Numbered from the stretch's first letter, positions 40,617-48,620 are shown. The stretch is 64,000 nt of DNA from Flavobacteriales bacterium (GCA_023264155.1 JALQTD010000001.1:3335-67334); one strand, 5' to 3'. Notes: generated by a model from the letters alone, not told the origin. Numbers and translations: made by a program.

Positions 40617-40624
40617 GAATTTTG
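40617..40624 (+). promoter_or_regulatory. -7-like box GAATTTTG, 18 nt before ATG 40643
   Basis: Part of the 9-mer TGAATTTTG shared with the paralog's upstream region. Confidence 0.4.
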
Positions 40625-40642
40625 CAGGAACAAATTCATACC

Positions 40643-43600
40643 ATGAAGCGATTTGCCCTGTTTACCCTGATTGCGCTTGCGAGCTCAATCCAAATCCAAG
40701 CCCAGTCTTGCGATTGCCCTCCCCTCGCCGACCGCCCAACGGTTGTGGTCACGGACAACGGCGAAGGCACGGGTTCCACCACTTGGACCTGTGCGAACAC
40801 CTACCTGCTCGACGGCTTTGTGTTCGTGAACGATGGCCAGACCTTGACCATCGAACCCGGAACCGTGGTAAAGGGCATGGCCGGGTCCGGAGCCGATGCA
40901 GCCGCACTGATCGTGGCAAGGGGTGCGCAGATTGAGGCCGAAGGCACGGCAGATTGCCCCATCGTCTTCACGCATGAAGCCGATCCATTGGACGGTTCAG
41001 TGGCCTACAACTTGCGCGGCCAGTGGGGTGGCGTGTTGATCCTCGGCGATGCGCCCGTGAACCTCGCGTTGGGAGAAGGCCAAGTAGAAGGCATTCCTTC
41101 GGACAACGACCGTTCGGCGTATGGCGGTGAAAATGCGGAGGACAACAGCGGCACCTTCCGCTACATCAGCATCCGCCACGGCGGCACTGCGTTGGCGGCA
41201 GCAAACGAAATCAACGGCTTGACCCTCGCAGGCGTCGGCTCAGGCACCACCATCGACCACATTGAAGTCACGGCGAACGAGGACGACGGGGTGGAATTCT
41301 TCGGCGGTACGGTGCAGGTGAACTACTGCGCGGTGGCCTTTGCGGGAGATGACAGCTTCGACTGGGACCAAGGTTTCTCCGGTGGTGGACACCATTGGTT
41401 TGCCATCAACGAGCCCGGCGTGGGCGACCGCGGTGGCGAGCTCGATGGCGACGACAACCCCGATGTGACGCCCGACGGCATGCCTTTCGCCATTCCGACG
41501 GTTTCCAATGTCACGTTGATGGGGCAAGGCTCAACTGCCAACAAGCAGGGCTTGTTGTTCCGAGCGGGCACGGGCGGACACGTCAGCGAAGTGCTCATCG
41601 TCGGATTTGGTGAAGGCATCGAATTGGAGGACTTGCAGAGCCCAACGGACGCGTTCGACCAGTGGGTGGTAGGCAATTTGACGCTCCAGAACATCGGCAT
41701 GGACGATGTGAATGAAGTCATCGATTACGACGGCGTGATGGATCCAGGTGGTGATGCGGGGGTGGATGAGTACGCTGTGGAGCAAAACATCGGGATGATG
41801 GAGACGGGCATTGACAATGTTTGGTCCACCAACGCGAGCGGAACGGAATTCGAGGACACCTTCAACCCGGTCCCGAACAGCAACGCATCGGTGTTCAGCG
41901 CATACGGCTACATGGGCGCGTTCGACCCATACGATGAGGCAAACGGCAACTGGCTCGCCGGCTGGAGCTACCTCGACGAGTCGGGCGCATTGGCCCCCGT
42001 CTTCCAGGAGCCCCTCTTGTGCGATTGCCCCCCCATCGGCGCGCGCGAGGAGATCATCGTGACAGACAACGGGACCGGCACCGGCACCACCACGTGGACG
42101 TGCGACAAGACGTACTTGCTCGACGGCTTTGTGTTCGTCGCTGAAGGCCAAACCCTGACCATCGAATCCGGCACCATCGTCAAGGGCATGGAGGGATCTG
42201 GTGCGGATGCTGCGGCATTGATCGTCACGCGCGGCGCCCAAATCGACGCCGAAGGAACCGCGGATTGCCCCATCACCTTCACGTACGAAGCCGATCCGCT
42301 CGATGGCAGCGTTCCGTTCGAAACCAGCGGCCAATGGGGCGGTCTCATCGTTTGTGGCAGCGCTCCGAACAACTTGCCCACGGGTGAAGGCCAAGTCGAA
42401 GGCATCCCGTCAGACAACGCGCAAAGCGTCTACGGCGGAACCGATGCTGCGGACAACAGCGGCATCCTCCGTTATGTCAGCATCCGCCACGGTGGCACGC
42501 AACTCGCTGCCGCGAACGAAATCAACGGACTCACGCTCGCGTCTGTCGGCTCCGGCACGGTCATCGACCACGTGGAAGTGGTGGCGAACGAAGACGACGG
42601 TGTGGAGCTGTTCGGTGGAACGGTGAACATCAGCCACATCGCGGTCCTGTTCGCAGGCGACGATAGCTTCGACTACGACCAGGGTTGGTCGGGCAACGGG
42701 CAGTTCCTGTTTGCCGTGCAGCACCCGGACTTGGGCGACCGTGCGGGGGAATTCGATGGCGACGACAGCCCGAGCGTGACGCCCGATGGCTTGCCTTATG
42801 CCGACCCCAATTTGTACAACGTGACGGTCATCGGTCGCGGCGCTGACGCCGGCACCATCGGCTTGTTGTTCCGCGCGGGATCTGCCGGCGATTTGAGCAA
42901 CGCGCTCATCACGGATTTCAACCGCGGCATTGAGTTGGAGGATGTGCAGGCGCCTTTGGATGCTTACGACCACTGGGCGAACGGGGATTTGACCTTGAGC
43001 CACATCGGCTTCATGGGGGTGAACACGCCGCTGCATTACGACGGTGCCCTTGCTGAAGGCCAAACCGAATTGGACGCCTACGCCGCGGCCAACAGCCTCA
43101 TCCAACTCGATGCGGGCATTGACCACGACTACGCCTTCGACGCGACGGGAACCTTTGTGGAAAACACGTTGATGGTGAACCCGATGTTCGACGTGACCGT
43201 GGGCGCGGACAACTTGCCTACGGACGCTTGGTTCGCGGCGGCGGATTACCGCGGTGCCTTCGAGCCTTGCGGCGACAACTGGCTGGATCAGCCTTGGAGC
43301 TACGCGCACCAAGTCGGCCTCTTCGCTCCTTCTTGCACCTGGCCCGGATGCACGAACGAGGCGGCGTGCAACTACGATGAGAACGCGACGGTGGACGATG
43401 GCAGCTGCTTTGTTTTGGCCAACGGTACGCTGAGTGGCAACCTCGAAATCCAACCGGGATCGGTGGAGAATTACAGCTACTCGCCTGTCTATGGCGACAT
43501 GACATGGACGATTGAAAACGGCAGCGCTTCCACGACGGATGCGAGCACCTTTGACGTGACGTGGAACGATCCGTTCGATGGCGGCAGCATCACGCTGTTG

Positions 43601-43912
43601 GAAACCGATTCAACCGGTTGCATGAACACCACGACGTGGACCATCTTGAACGTTGGCATCGACGGGGTTGAGGGGCCTGCAGGGCGCATCTTCCCGAACC
43701 CGGCCTCCGGCACCTTGAATGTGTACCAAACCGAGCGCCATTTCTCCGCGGCGGAGCTGCGCGACATGACCGGACGTTTGGTGCAGTCGGTGGTCCTCCA
43801 AGGCGGCAACAACGCCATTGAAGTCAGTGCGTTGCCGGCAGGTTCATACCTCATTACGGTTTGGCCCATCGAAGGCAATGCCCCGGTAACCCAAAAGGTG
43901 TTGATCCACTGA
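40643..43912 (+). CDS. Large secreted protein: two tandem 'CDCPP' beta-helix-like modules + one CNY repeat + T9SS type-A C-terminal sorting domain
   Basis: 1089 aa. Signal peptide MKRFALFTLIALASSIQIQAQ. Modules at nt 40709-42019 and 42020-43333. The C-terminus IFPNPASGTLNVYQ...LPAGSYLITVW...KVLIH is a canonical T9SS CTD. Confidence 0.85.
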   Translation: MKRFALFTLIALASSIQIQAQSCDCPPLADRPTVVVTDNGEGTGSTTWTCANTYLLDGFVFVNDGQTLTIEPGTVVKGMAGSGADAAALIVARGAQIEAEGTADCPIVFTHEADPLDGSVAYNLRGQWGGVLILGDAPVNLALGEGQVEGIPSDNDRSAYGGENAEDNSGTFRYISIRHGGTALAAANEINGLTLAGVGSGTTIDHIEVTANEDDGVEFFGGTVQVNYCAVAFAGDDSFDWDQGFSGGGHHWFAINEPGVGDRGGELDGDDNPDVTPDGMPFAIPTVSNVTLMGQGSTANKQGLLFRAGTGGHVSEVLIVGFGEGIELEDLQSPTDAFDQWVVGNLTLQNIGMDDVNEVIDYDGVMDPGGDAGVDEYAVEQNIGMMETGIDNVWSTNASGTEFEDTFNPVPNSNASVFSAYGYMGAFDPYDEANGNWLAGWSYLDESGALAPVFQEPLLCDCPPIGAREEIIVTDNGTGTGTTTWTCDKTYLLDGFVFVAEGQTLTIESGTIVKGMEGSGADAAALIVTRGAQIDAEGTADCPITFTYEADPLDGSVPFETSGQWGGLIVCGSAPNNLPTGEGQVEGIPSDNAQSVYGGTDAADNSGILRYVSIRHGGTQLAAANEINGLTLASVGSGTVIDHVEVVANEDDGVELFGGTVNISHIAVLFAGDDSFDYDQGWSGNGQFLFAVQHPDLGDRAGEFDGDDSPSVTPDGLPYADPNLYNVTVIGRGADAGTIGLLFRAGSAGDLSNALITDFNRGIELEDVQAPLDAYDHWANGDLTLSHIGFMGVNTPLHYDGALAEGQTELDAYAAANSLIQLDAGIDHDYAFDATGTFVENTLMVNPMFDVTVGADNLPTDAWFAAADYRGAFEPCGDNWLDQPWSYAHQVGLFAPSCTWPGCTNEAACNYDENATVDDGSCFVLANGTLSGNLEIQPGSVENYSYSPVYGDMTWTIENGSASTTDASTFDVTWNDPFDGGSITLLETDSTGCMNTTTWTILNVGIDGVEGPAGRIFPNPASGTLNVYQTERHFSAAELRDMTGRLVQSVVLQGGNNAIEVSALPAGSYLITVWPIEGNAPVTQKVLIH
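40709..42019 (+). repeat. 'CDCPP' module copy 1 (coding, ~437 aa)
   Basis: Starts with TGC GAT TGC CCT CCC. Paralogous to the copies at 42020 and 44208. Confidence 0.8.
42020..43333 (+). repeat. 'CDCPP' module copy 2 (coding)
   Basis: Starts with TGC GAT TGC CCC CCC and has the same conserved blocks as copy 1. Confidence 0.8.
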
Positions 43913-43933
43913 TCAGCTATCCAACTCTGCGAA

Positions 43934-43963
43934 AAGGGCGGTCCATCGGGCCGCCCTTTTTTT
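43934..43963 (+). terminator. Intrinsic terminator after gene 40643-43912
   Basis: GGGCGGTCC-ATC-GGGCCGCCC stem followed by T7. Confidence 0.8.
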
Positions 43964-44100
43964 GCGCAACCATTTCCTAACACGCGCTAAACTTCTGCGC
44001 CCATTGCATTCACCTTCGCTTCACCAACCGCCGCAAAAACCTTAAAGCCACATTTACATGAACATCTGACAACCTTGACGCCGGCGCTCGGTCAACCGTT

Positions 44101-44108
44101 GAATTTTG
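44101..44108 (+). promoter_or_regulatory. -7-like box GAATTTTG, 33 nt before ATG 44142; TTG at 44075-44077
   Basis: Same 9-mer TGAATTTTG as at 40616-40624. Confidence 0.4.
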
Positions 44109-44141
44109 GCGACGAATAAACCCTATCCCAAAATCAACACC

Positions 44142-46397
44142 ATGAAGAACTTCCTCTTCGCCGCTTTCGCACTGCTCGTGAGCGGACTCCAAATCGCTTC
44201 GGCCCAGTGCGACTGCCCGCCTCTGGACCAACGGACGGAGGTCACCATCTCCGATGCAGGCGCCGGCACCGGAACCACCACTTGGACCTGCGACAACACC
44301 TACCTCCTCGACGGCTACGTCTTCGTCAACGACGGACAAGCCCTCACCATCGAGCCCGGAACTGTCATCAAAGGCATGGCCGGTGCAGGCGCCGACGCGG
44401 CTGCCCTCATCGTGGCCCGCGGAGGACAGATCTTTGCGGAAGGAACGGAGTCTTGCCCGATCATCTTCACCTTCGAAGCGGATCCGCTTGACGGTTCTGT
44501 GGCGTTCGACACGCGCGGCCAGTGGGGTGGCGTCATCATCCTCGGTGCTGCTACGACGAACTTGCCGACGGGTGAAGGCCAAATCGAAGGCGTCCCCGCA
44601 GACAACGACCGCGCAGCGTACGGCGGCACGAACGACGCCGACAACTCCGGTGTCCTCTCGTACGTCAGCATCCGCCACGGCGGCACCACCCTCGCGGCGG
44701 CCAACGAAATCAACGGCCTCACCCTCGGTGGCGTCGGTTCGGGCACCACGATCGACCACATCGAAATCATCTCCAACGAAGACGATGGCATCGAGTTCTT
44801 CGGCGGATCGGTGAACGTGAAGCACCTCTTGGTGGCCTTCGCGGGCGACGATAGCTTCGACTACGACCAAGGATGGCACGGTAAGGGCCAGTTCTGGACC
44901 GCCATTCAGGACCCTGCTGTGGGCGACCGGGCAGGTGAATTTGACGGCGATGACAGCCCAACGGTTACGGCCGACGGCCAGCCATATGCCATCCCCACCT
45001 TGTACAACGTGACCGTTGTGGGCCGCGGCATCGCTGCGAACAAACAAGGTTTCTTGTTCCGTGCCGGAGCAGGTGGACACTTGCACAACGCCATCATGGC
45101 CAACATCGCAGAAGCCATTGAATTGGAAGACGTACAAGAGCCAAGCGACGCCTTTGATAAGTGGGCTGCAGGTGACTTGACGTTGTCCAACATCACCATG
45201 ACCGCTGTCGGTGAAGCCATCGACTACGACGGTTCGGCCGTGGCGGACGGAGATGCTCAATTGGATTCCTACGCGGCTGCCAATGGCATCGGCATGGGCG
45301 ATGCGGGCATCGACTTCGAATTTGGCTTCAACGCAACGGGCGTTGCAGTGACCAACCCCGTGGACTTGACGCCTGCGGGTGATGTGAGCACGACGGCAAC
45401 GGCTGCTGACGCCTGGTTCGACGCTGCAGACTACCGCGGTGCCTTCGCTCCGAACAGCAACTGGGCTGCCGGTTGGACGTACTTGGATGGCATCGGATTC
45501 TTCTCAGAAGGCACGACGACCGTCGCCGGTTGCACGGATCCCGCCGCAGACAACTACGACGCAGCAGCGACCGTAGACGACGGTTCCTGCATCTACCTCG
45601 GTTGCACGGACGAAGCCGCCGACAACTACGACGCGCAAGCCAACGAAGATGACGGCTCATGCGTCTACTCCGGCTGCACCGACGAAGCGGCTGACAACTA
45701 CGACGCTGCCGCGACCACGGACGACGGATCATGCTTGTACACCGGCTGCACCGATGCGGCTGCAGACAACTTCGACCCGCAAGCAAACACCGGCGATCCT
45801 GCCGCCGAATGCCAGTACAACGGTTGCACCAGCGCAGACGCAGTCAACTACGACGCTACGGCAAACACGGACGACGGCTCATGCCAGTACAACGTGACAT
45901 TCCGGGTGGACATGTGGAACATGGACGCAGCGGCGCGCATTGTCGGCGACTTCACCGCCGGTGCGGGTGTGGACATGGTTTGGGCCAACTACTCCCTGTA
46001 CAAGTTCACCACGGCATTGCCCGCGGGAACCTACACCTTCCACTTCGAAACGGTCGGCGGCACCTCCGAGGCCATCACGCGTGAAATCGCCGTGACGGGA
46101 GGCATGGACATGGCTGCTGTTTGCTTCGACTCCTTCGAAGCGTGCGCGGGCTGCACGAATGCAGAATTCGCCGACTTCAACCCACACGCGGGTGAGATGA
46201 CGGCTTGTGAAGAAGCGCCCGTTGCAGGTTGCACCTACGCTGACGCTACCAACTACTACGCTGCGGCGAACGTGGAGGATGGCACGTGTGCGTTCGAGCT
46301 GGGCTCAAGCTGCCCAGGCGACCTGAACGACGACGGCGCCATCGGTACGAACGACTTGTTGGCCTTCTTGGCTGCCTTCGGCACGATTTGCGAATAA
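44142..46397 (+). CDS. Paralogous secreted protein: one 'CDCPP' module + 5 tandem CNY repeats + CBM-like beta domain + EF-hand/dockerin-like C-terminus (no T9SS CTD seen)
   Basis: 751 aa. Signal peptide MKNFLFAAFALLVSGLQIASAQ. Module at nt 44208-45527, repeats at 45528-45893, a VTFRVDMWN... domain, and the C-terminus CPGDLNDDGAIGTNDLLAFLAAFGTICE. Confidence 0.85.
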   Translation: MKNFLFAAFALLVSGLQIASAQCDCPPLDQRTEVTISDAGAGTGTTTWTCDNTYLLDGYVFVNDGQALTIEPGTVIKGMAGAGADAAALIVARGGQIFAEGTESCPIIFTFEADPLDGSVAFDTRGQWGGVIILGAATTNLPTGEGQIEGVPADNDRAAYGGTNDADNSGVLSYVSIRHGGTTLAAANEINGLTLGGVGSGTTIDHIEIISNEDDGIEFFGGSVNVKHLLVAFAGDDSFDYDQGWHGKGQFWTAIQDPAVGDRAGEFDGDDSPTVTADGQPYAIPTLYNVTVVGRGIAANKQGFLFRAGAGGHLHNAIMANIAEAIELEDVQEPSDAFDKWAAGDLTLSNITMTAVGEAIDYDGSAVADGDAQLDSYAAANGIGMGDAGIDFEFGFNATGVAVTNPVDLTPAGDVSTTATAADAWFDAADYRGAFAPNSNWAAGWTYLDGIGFFSEGTTTVAGCTDPAADNYDAAATVDDGSCIYLGCTDEAADNYDAQANEDDGSCVYSGCTDEAADNYDAAATTDDGSCLYTGCTDAAADNFDPQANTGDPAAECQYNGCTSADAVNYDATANTDDGSCQYNVTFRVDMWNMDAAARIVGDFTAGAGVDMVWANYSLYKFTTALPAGTYTFHFETVGGTSEAITREIAVTGGMDMAAVCFDSFEACAGCTNAEFADFNPHAGEMTACEEAPVAGCTYADATNYYAAANVEDGTCAFELGSSCPGDLNDDGAIGTNDLLAFLAAFGTICE
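44208..45527 (+). repeat. 'CDCPP' module copy 3 (coding, in the next gene)
   Basis: Starts with TGC GAC TGC CCG CCT. I counted 22 mismatches in the first ~98 aa against copy 1. Confidence 0.8.
45528..45893 (+). repeat. Five tandem 24-25-aa 'CNY' repeats GCTD.AADNYD..A..DDGSC.Y (coding)
   Basis: Read directly from the translation: GCTDPAADNYDAAATVDDGSCIYL / GCTDEAADNYDAQANEDDGSCVYS / GCTDEAADNYDAAATTDDGSCLYT / GCTDAAADNFDPQANTGDPAAECQYN / GCTSADAVNYDATANTDDGSCQYN. Confidence 0.85.
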
Positions 46398-46422
46398 GGC
46401 ACTGAACTCACTTAATCCGAAA

Positions 46423-46452
46423 GGGCCGCTGCATCTGCAGTGGCCCTTTTTT
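46423..46452 (+). terminator. Intrinsic terminator after gene 44142-46397 (possibly also serving the convergent gene)
   Basis: GGGCCGCTGCA-TC-TGCAGTGGCCC followed by T6. Confidence 0.8.
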
Positions 46453-46495
46453 CTTGCCGGATCCGAAACCCGATACGGACCACGCCGCACGTGGT

Positions 46496-47554
46496 TTATC
46501 GCAGAAACGGGGCCTCGTGCTTGTAATTGCGCCCGATGAAGTCCAAGGCGGCTTGCAGGATGTCCCCCATACAGGAGGCGCGTTTGAACTGCACATCACC
46601 GGTCAGGGCATGCAATTCGCCCTTCAATTCGTCGATTTTATCAGCGGTCGAAACCCGGTCCTCTTTCATGCACTTGAGCAACTCACTGAGGCGTTGGTGC
46701 TCGCTCGCCGCGCGCTTGGCAAGCAAGGCACGCTCCTCCTTGATGTATTGTTCGACAGATGCCTGCGGTAGCACCGATGCGGTCATGTGGGTCAGCGCAT
46801 CGTTCTCGGGAAGCCCCTCGAGCCGGTAGACCTGCGGGTTGCCTTCGTAGCTCTGCTGGTCGAAATCGATGGCTCGGAGGCGGTATTGGACCCGGTCGAA
46901 ATCCTGGGTAATGACCACCACATAATTGTAGGAGCGCATGTCGCCGAGCAGCCGAAGGAAGCAACGCTCGTTGAATTTGATGTATTCTTTGGCCAGGGCC
47001 TTTTTATCCTGAATCGAAAGCGCATCAAGCCGTTCGTCGATGAATACATCCCCCGGGATGCCCACAATGTGCTCCTCGATGAGCGTGTCTTGATGGACCA
47101 AAAAATTGATCCGATTCGGCGAGAGCAGCTGCTCCAATTCCAGTCCATACACCCGCGAAGCATCGCACCGCTTGATGTACAGGAAGACGTAATTGTCGTT
47201 CAGGATGTTCCGCACTTTGACCCGAAACGGCTTGGTGTTGCCGAAGGTGCAGAATGCAATGCTGTCCACTGTGATGAAGGGCAAAATGGTGTCGCTGCCA
47301 TCGGCGTGGAGGATGGAGTAAAGCCGCTTCAGGTTGGCAATCAACTCGTCGCGGTCGGCATTCGAATAGATGCAATTGACCCAAAGCGTGTCCCGGTCCT
47401 GCTCGTCAAGGATGGCCAAGCTCCCTTCGAAACGGAGTAAATCTTCGTAAGCAACAGGAATCTTCACGGAGCGGCCGTGCCGGTCCAAATAGCGGTGCAG
47501 GGCCGGCGTCACCGGAAAGGGCACCTTTTTCTTTGAAATCAGTTTGTGGTCCAC
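46496..47554 (-). CDS. Hypothetical protein with RIO-like atypical kinase motifs and C-terminal coiled coil
   Basis: Coding-looking ORF carrying VFLYIKR, IEEHIVG, LGDMRSYNYVV and AIDFDQ. The start is uncertain: the track start 47719 is a TTG and overlaps the divergent DUF4920 gene and its promoter. I use GTG 47554 (weak box CAACTTTA 5 nt upstream); GTG 47593 is an alternative. Confidence 0.5.
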   Translation of the reverse strand: MDHKLISKKKVPFPVTPALHRYLDRHGRSVKIPVAYEDLLRFEGSLAILDEQDRDTLWVNCIYSNADRDELIANLKRLYSILHADGSDTILPFITVDSIAFCTFGNTKPFRVKVRNILNDNYVFLYIKRCDASRVYGLELEQLLSPNRINFLVHQDTLIEEHIVGIPGDVFIDERLDALSIQDKKALAKEYIKFNERCFLRLLGDMRSYNYVVVITQDFDRVQYRLRAIDFDQQSYEGNPQVYRLEGLPENDALTHMTASVLPQASVEQYIKEERALLAKRAASEHQRLSELLKCMKEDRVSTADKIDELKGELHALTGDVQFKRASCMGDILQAALDFIGRNYKHEAPFLR

Positions 47555-47605
47555 GGACGTAAAGTTGGCAAAATCCAAATCAATGCCTTCCACCCGGGAA
47601 TCACT

Positions 47606-47613
47606 TACCTTCG
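47606..47613 (+). promoter_or_regulatory. -7-like box TACCTTCG, 4 nt before the DUF4920 ATG
   Basis: TACCTTCG-TTGC-ATG. Confidence 0.5.
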
Positions 47614-47617
47614 TTGC

Positions 47618-48106
47618 ATGAAAAAACACCAAGCAACGGGGTGGGGATTTGCGCTCGCCTTGGCCGTGATTGCAGGTTGCGGCACCACAGCATCTGAAGT
47701 ACACGTGGATGCAAACCAAACGTTTTACGGATCGGTCATCGAGTTGGACGGAGCGGTGGATGCGGCTGGATTGCGCGCGGCCTTGACGGAAAACGGACGC
47801 GCGCAGGTGCGTTTCGAAGGAGAAGTGACCGCGACTTGCGCAAAGAAGGGGTGCTGGATGGATGTCGCCTCAGGTGAGGATACGGTGTTTGTGCGGTTTT
47901 TGGACTACGGCTTCTTCGTTCCCACGGAAGGGGCGGAAGGGAAACGCACCATCATGGAAGGGGAAGCGTTTTTCGACACCCTGACAGTGGACATGTTGAA
48001 ACACTATGCGGAGGATGCTGGCAAATCGGAGGAAGAAATTGCAGGCATCACCGAACCCGAGTTGCGCCTCGCCTTCACGGCGACCGGGGTGATGATTGAA
48101 GACTGA
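47618..48106 (+). CDS. DUF4920-family lipoprotein
   Basis: Lipobox LAVIAGC. TCAKKGCWMDV and VFVRFLDYGFFVP...LKHYAEDAG blocks are typical of DUF4920. ATG 47618 lies 4 nt after a TACCTTCG box. Confidence 0.7.
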   Translation: MKKHQATGWGFALALAVIAGCGTTASEVHVDANQTFYGSVIELDGAVDAAGLRAALTENGRAQVRFEGEVTATCAKKGCWMDVASGEDTVFVRFLDYGFFVPTEGAEGKRTIMEGEAFFDTLTVDMLKHYAEDAGKSEEEIAGITEPELRLAFTATGVMIED

Positions 48107-48563
48107 GTCCGTGCCCAGTTCCCTATTCACCCCCAAGCGCGTGAGCGGCTTGCTGATCTTAGGCAGCTTGTTTCTGGCGTTTTGTGGGGAGCCGGCTGCC
48201 GACCGCCCCCAAGGCAAACTGGCCCCGCTTCAACCGAACGCCAATTCTGAATTGGCACAAGCCATGCGGCTGTTGGATGGCGAGTTGGTCGCGTTGCTCG
48301 CCGAACAAGCGCCGTCAGGCAACTGGGACGGGGCAACGTTGTCGCGGTTGCCACTGGCTGAGCTCGCCCCCACGGACAGCACCATGCTGGTACCGGGGTT
48401 CCAAGGGTTTGCCCTAGCCTTTGACCAGCACGTCGCGGCGTTCAATGAGGCGCCGAGTGAAGCGACCTACCAGGCGGTCGTGAACGGATGCTTGTCCTGC
48501 CACCAACGGGCATGCCCCGGGCCGGTTTCACGCATCAAGAAACGCAGGCTGGCCTCCAATTAA
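48096..48563 (+). CDS. Small helical lipoprotein with C-terminal CXXCH (class II cytochrome c-like)
   Basis: Lipobox FLAFCG, an A/L/E-rich ~125-aa mature part and a single haem-c motif CLSCH 18 aa from the C-terminus. Start is TTG 48096 or GTG 48111 (uncertain). Confidence 0.5.
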   Translation: MKTESVPSSLFTPKRVSGLLILGSLFLAFCGEPAADRPQGKLAPLQPNANSELAQAMRLLDGELVALLAEQAPSGNWDGATLSRLPLAELAPTDSTMLVPGFQGFALAFDQHVAAFNEAPSEATYQAVVNGCLSCHQRACPGPVSRIKKRRLASN

Positions 48564-48589
48564 CGCCGGCTCACCATTCGGTTCGAACG

Positions 48590-48620
48590 AAAAAAGCACC
48601 CTGCGAACGGGTGCTTTTTT
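48590..48620. terminator. Bidirectional intrinsic terminator between the cytochrome-like gene (+) and the BCCT gene (-)
   Basis: A6-GCACCC-TGCGAAC-GGGTGC-T6. Confidence 0.75.

Noticed and set aside
46423-46435. The 13-mer GGGCCGCTGCATC, shared between the terminator at 46423 and the intergenic region at 55858-55870
   Set aside because: It is a single short GC-rich match with a different flanking context. This is most simply coincidence rather than a dispersed repeat family.
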